From Amoebidium appalachense (Eukaryota > Protista > Ichthyosporea): a stretch of DNA of 64,000 nucleotides. Shown here one piece after another: positions 1 through 25,008 of this stretch (within the stretch, counting starts at the first letter, position 1; the number at the start of each line of letters is the position of its first letter). The position numbers and the translations under genes are program-made. A model generated the notes under the pieces. It ran no database searches. It was not told the origin of the DNA and saw nothing but the letters and a program-made list of their open reading frames with translations. The stretch lies in NCBI GenBank assembly GCA_963693365.1, contig CAVNZM010000011.1, positions 6,963,921 to 7,027,920 of the forward strand, in the 5' to 3' direction.

Positions 1-545
1 AAGCCGTGGACTTGCATACAGCAAACATGTAACATGATGTGCCCCTTGGATTCTGTGTGTCAGGGTCATTTGCTATTGATGGGATGCAAAAGGTTTTGGC
101 GGTTTGTCTGTCTGTGTGTGTGTGTCGTTGGGTTGGGAGTGGAAGGCGGCTGAGGGGAGATCGGGGGGGGGGGGGGGGGGGGGGGGTCTGGGGCTGTCGT
201 ATATAAGGCCACTCATACTCAAATTCTGCATGCAAGCCATATTTCGCAGCTTTATTTTTACGCCAGAATCTGGCCGGCCTAGTGCGGGAGACGCCGGATG
301 GCAGATATATAAATATATCTCTGGTGAATATCCCAGACTGTATATCACACAAAAGATTATTTGCTACACGGGGACGTGTGCTTTCTCTAAGCCCAAATAG
401 GGGCTTTTGTTAGATATATTCTTATTTTTCTATGGTTTAAACCTATCGTCTTTTGTTTACGAATAGGACAACAAACGGGAAAGGGGATCATAAAATTACA
501 GATATACACCGCAACATCCCACGAAATACCGCTGTTTCTTATAAT

Positions 546-765
546 TTACACGTCGTTATATCCAGGAATTGTCAGCGAGATATCTAGCTGTTTTCCATGT
601 GGCTCCGTCACGTCGCAGATACCCTTAACGTCCCTGGCCTGAAGGAAGAGAGAAAAAGGAAAGAGTCAGCTTCGGGGATTTTACACACATTTTTTCTTTG
701 TTCTTTTCTTTTTTTTTTTTTTTCTTTTTTTTTCCCCCTTTTTGCAGCGGGGTGGAGAGGGAAAA

Positions 766-807
<42 letters not shown>

Positions 808-1324
808 TAAGCTGTGCAGGCAGAACGTGATTATGTATGTGGTCATTTTTCCTTCTCTTTTCTTTTCCTTTTTTTTTTTTTTTTTTTTTTTTGTCGTTTT
901 TCTTATTGTAGTAGTGGTGAGTGTGTGTTAAGGGGCGCGGCGGGGAGGGGGGGGGGGGGGGGGGGGAGGCAGGTAGCGAGCGAGAGAGAGGGGGGGGGGG
1001 GAGGGGGGAGGTCCTCACTCCTGAAATTCACGCCTCTCGGCAAGGTGGTGGCTGCACCGCCCAAATTGCACCCGCTATCTGTCAAGACCTTCTTCACGCA
1101 CGCTTCGCCGGATCCCCCGGGACACGTTTTTTCATCAACTTTTACACCGCAGGTACACTGACGACACATTTTCTGAACCTTTGAGCCCACGGCTATCGCG
1201 TTCGTGCAGTATTTGTATTTGATCAGGGCGACGGCGGCAGGGGTGCATACGGCTCCCACGTTGCTCGCTTCTTTGATCACGCACCCTTCCTCCACGGATT
1301 TTTCGCACTTGGGCGTAACCTGTT

Positions 1325-1367
<43 letters not shown>

Positions 1368-2189
1368 AGAGGGGCAGGGGGGCAGGGGGGAGGAGGGTGG
1401 GGGAAGGAGGGTGGTGAAGGAGGGTTGGAGAAGAGGAGGAAGGGGATGGGGATGGGGGGAGGGGGGGGGGGGGGGGGGGAAGAAGATTAGAATGCATTAA
1501 GGAGTGCCAAAGCACACATTTATCACCATGATGCAAATAATTCTGAAGAGCACGCACAAAGAATACGGGTAGAAGCAAATTGTAAGTTGTGTTTTTGTGT
1601 GTGTTTGAGTGTGTGTGTGTGTGTACACGGGGAGGCGAAGGGGAGGGTAAGACTCTCCAGAACGACACAAAATCAATCATGAGTGGGTGGGTAAATGGGA
1701 GAGGGATTCATTGATCCCCTTGTGTGTGTGTGTGTGTGTGTGTGCGCACACACATGCGTAGACACACGCGTTCCGTGTGAACATGCAGGTGGCGGTTGGT
1801 GGGTGGGTGTATGTGTGTGTGTGTGTGTCCGGAGGAGGGGTTGGGGTGTGGTGTAGAATACGTTTTACAGGGTACAAAGTGTACATCCTCGGGCACACAC
1901 ACACACACACACACACACACTCATTGGGAAGGGATGGGGGGGGGGGGGGGGGGGGGGGAAGGGGAAGGGGAGGGGAGGGGAAAGGGGGTGGGGTGGGAGG
2001 TTCTTACCACGTCCAAGCACGGGCCCATGTTCACAGCGGGGGAGAAGCTATTTGTGCTGCGACCCCCTTGGCGATTTTGACAATTTCTTGAACCTGGAAT
2101 ATAATTAGACTCGGTTAGCCCATGTGTATGGTGTGCGGGTTGTACTTTATAGAAAATCCCTCCACCCACACATCAACACCACCAAACAC

Positions 2190-2224
<35 letters not shown>

Positions 2225-2277
2225 ACCTGACTTATAATGAAGCGCAAGACTAAAATCAAAATACAACAACTTGATAC

Positions 2278-2320
<43 letters not shown>

Positions 2321-2968
2321 AAAAAAAAAAAATCAAAAAAAAAATCAAAAAACGGGAAAGAAAAGGAAAAAAAGTTGAAAATAACTACAAACGATGACAT
2401 CTCATCTCTTTGAAAATACACACCTCGCATGCATCGTTCTCACTTAGTCCCCCCCCCCCCCCCCCCCAAAAAAAAAAAAAAAAAAAAAACCTAAATTTTG
2501 AATTTTTAACTGAAAACTTATAAAAAAGTTATCCACCCACCTGGTCGTTCTCGCTTATCTTGCACATCAGCACCTCCTCAGGGGCCTTCACATTCTTGCT
2601 GGTCTGATCTACCGCGATCTGATCTTGCATTGCCTGATCTACCGCCTTATCGATTATCATTTTTGGCGGTTCGGGCTCTTTGTCCACCTTCTTCGGGTCG
2701 GGGTTTGGAACCACGAAAGGGACTTTCGGGTCTTTCAGGTCGGGCTTCAGCATGTTGAGTTGGTCCCTCACGATCTGAACCGTGTTGCAAGTCTTGTCCA
2801 GTTTTGCAATATCCAGTTCGATGGTGGGGGCGGGCCCTACTTTTCCATTGAGATAGAGCCTGCATCCTCCCTTGAGGAGTTCGTTACGAAGGCACCCGAT
2901 GTTGGTGTTTCCTTTGCATGTCTGGCGCGCAACCTGAATATGTCGTGTACGTGTACATACGTGTACAT

Positions 2969-3026
<58 letters not shown>

Positions 3027-3202
3027 GTGTTTGTTTTTTGTTTTTTATTTTTTATTTTTTATTTTTTTTTGGGGGGGGAGGGGGGGAAGAGGGGAAGGGC
3101 GGTCAGTTAAAATGCGGAACAGGTTACGAAACATTCACACTTGCAAGTGGCAACACAATGCAGATTGCAAAAGAACACGTCAAATGTGTGTGTGTGTGTC
3201 AC

Positions 3203-3284
<82 letters not shown>

Positions 3285-3447
3285 GGGGGGGAGGGGGGGC
3301 CGAAGGGGAAGCAACAGAACGTGTGTGCGCATCTGTATCATGATGGCTGAAATACAAACCAGCGGGCATTCCCAAGCCCTTTTTTTCTTCTTTTCTTTCT
3401 TTCGTTCTTCCTTTCTTTCTTTCTTTCCCCTATTTTGCCACGGGATG

Positions 3448-3478
<31 letters not shown>

Positions 3479-5665
3479 AGGAAGCAGGAGAGGGCCGGGA
3501 GAGAGGGAAGGTGTGAGCGTACCGAAGTCACTTACCCTCATCTTTGTGACGCAGTACTGTGTGGTGAACCTGAAGAGCTCGACCTGCTTGCACTTTCCTT
3601 GGAACTTGCACACGTTAGCAGCAATACATTCATCGTAGCTGTCCATCTTGGTCGTGGGCTCGCAGACTTTTTGCACGCTCTCGGCGCAAGTGTCGCTGAT
3701 CTGATCGTTCTTGAAGTCGTCGTCGTTCGCCTGTGAAATTTCGGAAATTTGGGGAGATTTGTAGAGTGTAAGTTACGTTTTTTAGGCTTTTAGGCTGTCA
3801 CATTCTCTGAGTTGTCAGTGGTCTGGCACACACACTCGCGGCGTGCACACGCACACGCACACATACACACACACACACACACACCAAGAGAAAATGAAGA
3901 AGAAAGACATCAGAAAATGGTGTTTGCTAATCCTGAACGCCAACCCCCCCTTCCCCGCCCTTCACGTCTCTTCCTCCCAAACTGATAAAAATAACAAAAG
4001 AACACTCGTGCAGAAAAAATGGCCTTAGACATAGTTTAAGGCACGACACACCCCTCAAAAACCCCCACCCATACCTTATCGAGTTTATCAACGAGGGATC
4101 CAGTATCAAAACCCTCCCCTCCCCCCCCCTCCCCCCCGCTCTTCCTCCCAAAACAAATAATAAAAATAAAAATGAAAGAAAAACCCCAAACAATTCCGAT
4201 TAAAACCCCCCCACCCATACCTTATCGAGTTTTTCAGCAATGTAATCAGCGTTTATTCCAGCCCTTTCAGCCAGCGTACACTCCCCATCGAGCTTGTTTG
4301 CGTTTTCGGCGATAATCGGAGCGGGTCGTTCCGCATTTGCGCACCCTGCGGAGAGGTAGGCTTCCTCCTTGCAATCGTTGCAGTCCGGACCGGGGGAGGT
4401 TGCACATACCTTGGCGCATATTTGTTCGACGACCTGATAAAAATATACCATATGGGTGAGTGTTATTGGTTGGTTTTGGGATTTAGATATGCATGTGGGA
4501 TGTGTGGAATGTGTGGAATGTGATGCAATTGCTGTGTAAAGACGTGGTTAAGAGCGGGGTTTTTTAGGGTATTTGTCTCCATATCTTGTTTCTCTTTGCA
4601 AGAAGAGAACAAAAGTAATATTAAGATTTGCGCACCCAAGAGGTACCCGAGTACAGCAAAAACACCCATGCAGCCATGAACGGTGCAGGTTGAAGGGGGA
4701 GGGGAGGGGGGAGATGGAGTGGGTGTAGGGGGGCGGTAAGTAAGGAAGCAGGGGGGAAGGGATGGGGTAGGGATGGCTAGGTGGGTGGGTAGTTGGGTGG
4801 GTGGATGGGGGGGGGGGGGGGGGGGGGGGAGGGGGGGGGTGATGTATGCGTTAGAGGTTTGGAAATATGGAGGAGACAACAAAGGGCAACAACAAAACGT
4901 AACAAAAGTGGGGGAAAATCCCAAAATCAAGCATTTTAGGCGTGCAGGCAGAAGACACTTGAACAGAGCCCCTCATCAGGGGGGGGGGGGGGGGGGGGGG
5001 GTAAGCAAGAAAGCAGGGGGGAAGGGATGGGGTAGGGATGGCTAGGTGGGTGGGTAGTTGGGTGGGTGGATTGGGGGGGGGGGGGGAGTATTAAAAGATT
5101 CTTTTGAAAAAAATAAAAAACACTAAAATTTACCTTCTTGCGCAGTCCACAGAAGCCAGTAAACAGCTTCATCAGCTCCTTGCTCGTGCATTTTCCGTTG
5201 AAGTCGCACACGTAGGCGGCGACGCACGTGTCGTACGTGTCCGCGTTCTTTGCCGGATCGCAAACTTCCATCACTTTTGCCGCGCAATCGTCCGTAATCC
5301 CATCGTTGTCCAGATCGACGTCTCCGACGGGGGTGGGGGTGGTGGCGGGCAGAGGCTGCTTCGGGGGCTGTGCGATTGGCTGAACGACAGAAGGCGGCGT
5401 AACGGGATTGACCTGCGGCGCGATCGGCACAATCGGCGGTGTAATCGGCTTAATCGGCACGATCGGAGGGGAAATCGGGGGTTTGGGGATGTCGTCGGTG
5501 GTTTGCACCGGGAGAAGGTCGCACCCGGCTGCATTTGTGATCTTGAGGACGCACGCCTTGCAGGCTTCGTTTTTGATCGCACAGACACTCTTGCAGTCGT
5601 TATCGGCTCCCATTGCGACTTCGGCACGTGCCTTGCAGTAGTTACGGGTGAAGGTGACGAGCTCC

Positions 5666-5728
<63 letters not shown>

Positions 5729-6122
5729 GGTGGGTGTCTGTGTGTGTTTGGGGGGTGTGTGTGTCTGTGTGTGTTTGGGGGGGGGGGGATGGAGGGGGGA
5801 AAGGGGGGGGGGGGAGGGGAGGGGGAGAGAGAGTGTGTGTATGTGTTGGTGGGGGGAGGGGAGGGTGGGGGGGGTTGTGTGTGTGTGTGTGTGTGTGTGC
5901 ACTTGTGCTTTGTGTAAGCCAGTGGGTGTATATGCTTGGGGAGATTGGGGAACCTTCCAGTAAGAGTGTGAAAACAAAAAATATCAGGAGGGGTTGTGTT
6001 AAGGCAGCAAATAGACAAGGGAGTGTGTTTGGGGAGGAAGGGGGGGGGGGGGGGGGGGGGGGGGGGAGAAGCACAACAACGTAGAGTGAGCGGAGGGGAA
6101 GAGAAAGAGGCGAACAGAGAGA

Positions 6123-6155
<33 letters not shown>

Positions 6156-6689
6156 GAGGAGAGGGCGGGAGGGGGGGGGAAGGGGGGAGGACAGAGAAAG
6201 AGAGAGACAGTAACAAGAAAGTACGCGTGCCGTGGGAAAGAGCGAGTTACAAAGGAATTTCCTTGCATACCATCGTGCATTCCTCTGTCAGCTGATTGGT
6301 CGGATCCAGCACACACTTGGCGTAGGTCCTTGCCACCTCTTCGGGCTTGCATTTGGCCTCCATTAACTTCTCGCAATCCTCCGTGACCCCGTCGTTGTCT
6401 GTGTCGAAATTCAAATCTTCCTTGAGGCAGCCAGCCTTCACGAGAAGTTTCTTCCTGTGAGTGGAAAGGTGCGCAGGGGGAGAAGCGGGGGGGGGGGGGG
6501 GGGGGGGGGGATGGGGGGTGTTAGGGTGTGGGGTGTCTAACAGAGTAACAGACCGAAATGTAGGAAAGAAGTAGGAAGAAAAAGGGGAGGGACGAGGGAG
6601 CGAAGGAGGGGGGGAGAAAGGGAGGGATGCAAAAGACTTTGCACGAACATGCACATACACGTGCATGTTCGTGCAGTGTGCGTGTGCGT

Positions 6690-6739
<50 letters not shown>

Positions 6740-7390
6740 TGGAGAGTAGAAGGCAAGGGGAAATCCCGGTGGTGGTGGTGGTGGTGTTGGTGGCAGCGGC
6801 TAGAATGTGGAAAAGGAAAGACAAAAGCAGAAACCTTAGGTACATCCGACAAACGAACCCGGTTGCCAATACATAAAAATAAAAAAAAGACAACCAAACA
6901 TAGAAGATTCAGGAGGGAAGGGGTGGGTGGGGCGGAATTGTTTGTGCTTTAAATTCGTTTAATTTTTATATTTTAATTATTTTAACGTACCCGCAAGAGT
7001 CCCTGCACACCGCGTCCTGGCACGTGCCACAAGACGCGTTCATTTCATCGTCATCGGCGGCATCGCGGCAATAATCGGCCTTGACTCCCAACACCTCGTC
7101 CTGGCTGCATAGGCCCTGTTTGACAATCTCAGAGGATTGGGTCTCGAGGCATTCTCCTACTGTCGGGCCCTGGAGAAATATTTGTTAGTTAGATAGTTTG
7201 TCGACGAGTTCATAAAGATGTTTATATGATTTTGAGTTCCTATTTTTCAGGATTTTGCTTCTCTTTTATCTCCCTTGCTAATTGCTCTGTTTCTTGGCTG
7301 TGCGCATGTATGCTTTGTCTTGTTCTCCAAGAGTAAATATATGTTTTCTTTATTTTCATTGCTAGTATATTGTTCTTGAACACGTAGGGT

Positions 7391-7437
<47 letters not shown>

Positions 7438-8819
7438 AAAAAAGCTCACCTTGGCCTGGCAGTAAGCGACGGCCCTTGCCTGGCAGGCGGGGCATTCCGA
7501 CAGGGTGTCCTCTACGAATGGGATGAGGTTATCCTTTGAACACTGCACCTTGGTAAGCTCCGCCTCATTGGCTCCCACGCATCCCAGGAGACAGTCGGAA
7601 CACTTTGCTCTACTGCAGCCACACTTGGCAACGTCGGCACCGGCGAGCGAGCACGTGCACTCCGCTTTGCACCTGGGGATTGATGTGGTTGGTGGTTAGG
7701 ATTTTAAAATTTTAGAAAAATCTAATAACTTACTTTTCTTCCGCTTGCTTGTCGCCTTTCATCTCAATAGTCAAGATATAAAATTCGTGTGTATCGAGTT
7801 CGGTTTGATAGGTTAGGATTGTTAACTTTACAAAACTAATTATCCCCCTCTATTTGTTACCTTTTCCCTTTTAATAAGAATTTGAAACTCGTGTGTATCA
7901 AGTTCAATTTGATGGGTTAGGATTTTTAAACTTAACAAAGCTTAACTTTTCGCTTGACTTATCATCTTTCCCCTTGTATCCTACCAGATGTTCTCTCCTC
8001 CGTGTATGAGACTTGTAAAAAAAAATTACGCAACGGCGTCGCATTGTTTTTGCGCATGTCTTACTTAGTGCGGTTGCGTGCATGCAACTGAGTCTCAGCA
8101 CAAATGTGGTGTGTAAGGTGATGCACTCTTAAACTGCGACACCATAACTGTATGTGACAACCCTTTTTCTATTTGAAACCGATCTGGGCTGAATCCAGTA
8201 TTTTTTTTTTTTTTAAGCACACCTCTGAGAAATGTCCGGGTACCGATTCTGGGCACACTTTGCACACAATGCAAGCTTATCTTGTGTGTGCATGTGTCAG
8301 GTGCAGGGTGTATGAACATAGTCCAAAAACATCATTCTCTCATCATCACCTTCTCTTGCATTATACTTGTTGGCAGACATGTGCTCTACGTGCTTCTATG
8401 TTAAAGTATACACAAACTGAAAGCATGAAGAAGGTGTATGATTCAGATAGAAAACAAGGGAAGACAAACTTAGAGCGCGTTGGGGAAAAAAAAGGGAGGG
8501 GGATGGAGGAGTAGGGCATTAAAGGATATTTTGTGTTGAACTGGAAAACTCTGATAACTGTGTGGTGCGGTTGTTTTGGTTATTGGTGCCTTTCCGGCCA
8601 AGGTGAAGAACATCAAAGACATCAATCTAGATGGGCAGCACAAGGAAACCCTTTAATGGTGGTGGTGGTGGGGGAGGGGGGGAGGGGACATCCCATGGAC
8701 GCATATAAGATGGTGGGAAAAAACGGCACCCAAAATTTTGAACAAATTGGTAAATAAAACATATCTACCCAAAGGTTAGCGGAGGACAAACATCATATAC
8801 TATCACAAAAGGGGTGGAG

Positions 8820-8859
<40 letters not shown>

Positions 8860-9194
8860 ACGTACTTTGCAGAGCACAATTTCGAAAAGTCATCGACGCA
8901 CGACAGGTCTGCGGAGAGCCTCGCCATGACCGTCTGCTTCTCCGCCTGCGTGCAGTTCTTGGCGCTCTCGGACTTCATTATCGAGGCGAAACACTTTGTA
9001 ATGTCTTCGACTACATCATCCGGGCTCTCCTCATAGCAAAACCTCAGTGTCATGTCACGGTATTTGTCACAATCCGCAGAGATTTTCGCCGTGATAATGT
9101 TGTCCTTAATCAGTTGCTGGGTTACGCCCTCCGCGAGAGGAACCGCAGCTACCATAGTGGTGGCTGCGGCCAAAGAAACTAGAATAAGGTGCAT
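546..9194 (-). CDS. Secreted cysteine-rich repeat protein, ~905 aa, 11 exons, function unknown
   Basis: Exons (minus): 9194-8866, 7672-7450, 7169-6991, 6454-6271, 5667-5134, 4433-4221, 3730-3536, 2933-2541, 2093-2008, 1319-1032, 638-546. All introns are GT-AG with matching phases, except that exon 2093-2008 is 1 nt short (G5 run at 2038-2042). The donor at 1031 is weak. The protein starts with a signal-peptide-like MHLILVSLAAATTMVAA, has repeated DxD/KNDG/Q..DC..C.P...TY..C modules and a Pro-rich linker, and ends ...TIPGYNDV-TAA. Confidence 0.85.
4840..4978 (+). mobile_element. Short interspersed repeat, family B (139 bp, TGATG...CATCA ends), embedded in poly-G
   Basis: Reverse-oriented homologues at ~59434-59594, ~52686-52834, 55757-55828 (partial) and ~59360-59408 (fragment). 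This copy is flanked by a ~75-bp direct repeat (4736-4810 / 5001-5075). Confidence 0.65.
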
Positions 9195-10993
9195 TTCTTT
9201 CTTCCCTTCCTGCCTACCCTCTTGGTTAGAAACCTCTATCGTAGGAGGGAGCTTGAAAAATCAACAAACCAAACAAAGAAATGAAGAAAAAGAAGAGACG
9301 GAAAAGATTAATCCTTGGGATAAACCTATTGTTGGAAACGGGGCTGGGTTGGGATGTTAGCGTCCAGACCAAAGAGTCGATCTAACGGCTGGGTTCAGGG
9401 TGGAAAGCGTGTTGTAATGGGCTGGCTTGTTTGCTTCCTCGGAAATGTCTATCCTCGTTTTTGATTTGTACTGGTGCTATAGTGTCGAGGGCATGCTGTC
9501 GTCATTGTCATCTCGTAAGCATATATTGGCATATATGTGGCGTTATAGGCTGTTTGGCATGTAGAGTGTATATGCGATTATTTAAAAAAAGCCACTACCT
9601 TATGAATCTCAAATTGTAGGTACAATGGCTTGTGGCCCCTTAAGGCCTCCTTATCTCCTGTATTGATACCGACTGTGTCTGACTTTGAAAGCCTTTTTTT
9701 ACGCGCGCCGTGACTAGGAGGGGTGTTGAAAACAAAGAGGAACGAGGATTTTTTAGCGTTCGATTGCAGTGTCTGCAGGTGCATTTCAAAGATAAAATCG
9801 CTATCAGTGCCTATTCTTGATTGGCTAAGGCACCTCGCCCGTTAAAAAAATCTCGCAGCAAGCGGTCAGAGAAGGAATCTCAGGCCGCGTTTTATTGGTT
9901 CCGGTCTTCCCTCCCATTCTTTCACAATCGAACATGTTCTGTGTCCAAAACCGTGCATACGTACCATTCTTGTACCGTTTCCATCGAGAGTTCATGCAAA
10001 GCTGGGTATGTTTAAAGTATATATTTTATCTTTTTTTCGTATTCATATAAACAGGTAGCATGAAAATATTGATAATACAACCGCGAAAGTCACCCGAAGG
10101 CTCTGTAGACGTAGTTGCGACCGGAACCAGGGGTGGTATGGTCCAAGCTCAAGATAGCCTTAAGCCTCCATCTCCGCTACATCGATCATGCCGATGTGCA
10201 AAACCTTGATATACCATAGCACCCAGTTACTTCAGCACTCTCGGTGACGACCACATTGACCGACGTGCCCGCTATGTAACAGTACGAATTTTGCAAAGAT
10301 GTGGGGGATGGAGTTACATTTGTAGCACATAGATATGATATGCCGGTTAAATGTAGATCTTGTACGTGGTCATATTAGTAACAGGTATGCACTGCTCGAC
10401 CGCTGCAGGTAAGCCTTCAGGCAATCGTAATTGTTAAAATCTTGCTAGAAATATTGCTCTTGCATTTTTTAAGATTTTTCATATTCATTTTTCCTAAGTA
10501 CATTCTCTGCTGGCAGTTTACACAGTTCACACGCTTGACGGCCAATGTGAGAGAGCGTCCAAACAATGATATGCGCGGATAGCCCGCAGATTCTAATACG
10601 CCATTTTCATTAGGTAAATATCATGAAATAGGTTAAGTTTAACTGGAATGTCAAGTTTAATTGGCTCTCGAAATGACTGTGGCCACGCGCGCCACCCTTG
10701 AAAACGCACGCACATGCACGCACAAGGGTGTACGCGTTACACCTGGCAGCCAGGCTGTGTATATGCTTAGAATTCTGTTTTGTGAGTAGAAGTGTCAATG
10801 AGATAACTACAAAGGGTAAGCTTCTTTTTCTCGTACGAGTTGGCGAATATTATCTATCATCTTGGATGTTTTCCTTGTCCATCATCTGTGCGTCAACGCA
10901 AGTGTTTTTTAGTTATGAGATCAAGCGCCTATGATACTGCATACGCACCAGCAGCTAAATTACTACTATATTTCCGTGAAGGACCTACACACT

Positions 10994-11222
<229 letters not shown>

Positions 11223-11419
11223 CCCCCCCCCCCCCCCCCCAACCCTCCCCGTACCCGGCCCTCCCACCATCATATTTCTCATGACACGGTGACCCTCCCT
11301 TCTCCCCGTGCATTCCCCCTTCTCTCCGGGCTTTCCGTGCCTCAGGAGCTCATGTTTTGAATGTGCAGTATGGCCTTGATACGTTTAACACGCACAAGCG
11401 CGAGCACGCACGCCTGCGC

Positions 11420-11995
<576 letters not shown>

Positions 11996-12149
11996 GGCTC
12001 AACCACATCGGCAGAGTCAACTTGCAAAAGGCAGAATTATTCTGCAAAGGCAGAATTGTTCTGCTCGAAGCAGAATCACTCTCCACCCTCTCTCCCTATC
12101 AGTCGACAGCACGACTGTAATGGGCATGGCAAAATGGTGATGGTTGGGG

Positions 12150-12187
<38 letters not shown>

Positions 12188-12754
12188 GGGGGGGGGGGGG
12201 AGGGGGGGGGGGGGGAGAGGGGGAGGGGGGGGGGGGGGAGGGTGCGCAACCTGTGTGTGATGGGCTGGGTAGTAGCGTGACAGCAAGTACTGAATGGTAA
12301 ATAAACACTTTTTATTTGTCTTTTGCATTTTTCTTTATTTTTTTATTTTTTTTTTGCGATTTGGGGGCCTATTAGGATTACTTGAATTGCTTTTGGTTTT
12401 GCACAATCGCCTCGATCACGACAAAAAATCATGAGTGGAGAGTAAATATACATAACGACACATAAGTAACACAGATACATGAGATATGAACGGCTGTGAG
12501 CTCGAAAGGAAGATTGCACTATCGATTTCGTTCTCTGTATTCAATATCATTATATAGTTTCATACAATCGTTCGAAATATTTAAAATCATGTGCACTCTG
12601 ATTTTCATAATCCTGGAGTCCAATGATACCTTACTTATTATTCCCGATGATCATGAATCATAACACAAAAATCTAAATGCAAAAGACATTCGGAACAGTA
12701 TATTCTTAACTAAACACAAGTTCTGAAAGAAATAACCCCCTATACCCCCCCCCC

Positions 12755-12785
<31 letters not shown>

Positions 12786-12918
12786 ACACACACGCACACA
12801 AAACAAAACAAAACAAAACAAAACAAAAAAAAACAGCAACTCATACCCTGCCCTGCGGGAGGAGATAAACATAGGTAGACTGAAAACATATAACTCGTGC
12901 AAGCGTCGAAATCTCACT

Positions 12919-24462
<11,544 letters not shown>

Positions 24463-24946
24463 GGTTTCTATTTTTTCCTGGTTTCTCTGGCGCCTGAACA
24501 GATAGGCCTAACTATTAGTTACTAAGCTACTGAGGAATATGGCGTTATGTAGAGGTTTTGTGTGTGTGCGTGTATTTATGATTATGTGGTCTGACAAGGG
24601 CTTCTGTGAAGCAGTGCATCTAGTACTGGCAGGTGACATCCATAAACCGATCTATGTGTGCTATGTATGTATGGATGTATATTTAGGTATTTGTATATTG
24701 CATGTACATAAAAACCCACTGATTCGGCTACGTATATGCTTGCCCGCAGAACGTATTTTTTGTACTAAATGAAACGGTAGAATTGGTAGGGTTCTTTTTT
24801 CGTTTTTTCCAAACTTTATGCCACAGTCCACTGACGAGTGAGCTCTGTTTTGAACCTGTGTGATTGCGCAAACCGGCAGCTTGATTTATTCGTCCAATTA
24901 AACCTCACTTGATTACATATGTGGTTAATCTTGGTCTTCAGATAAA

Positions 24947-25008
24947 CCAATCACGCGACGGCACCCTGCCGCCCCCGCAGCCATGATGATGTCACTACGG
25001 TGACGTCA
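24947..25008. promoter_or_regulatory. Candidate promoter elements (CCAAT box, GC-rich box, full CRE palindrome TGACGTCA) upstream of the type II membrane gene
   Basis: CCAATC at ~24947, GCCGCCCC at ~24969 and TGACGTCA at 25001-25008, about 500 bp upstream of ATG 24462. Motif match only. Confidence 0.35.

Noticed and set aside
2030-2045. Stop-codon reassignment or selenocysteine to explain in-frame TGA/TAA in exons
   Set aside because: Reading through the TGA would not fix the exon phase, whereas a 1-nt homopolymer indel does. TAA and TGA act as normal stops in the other genes.
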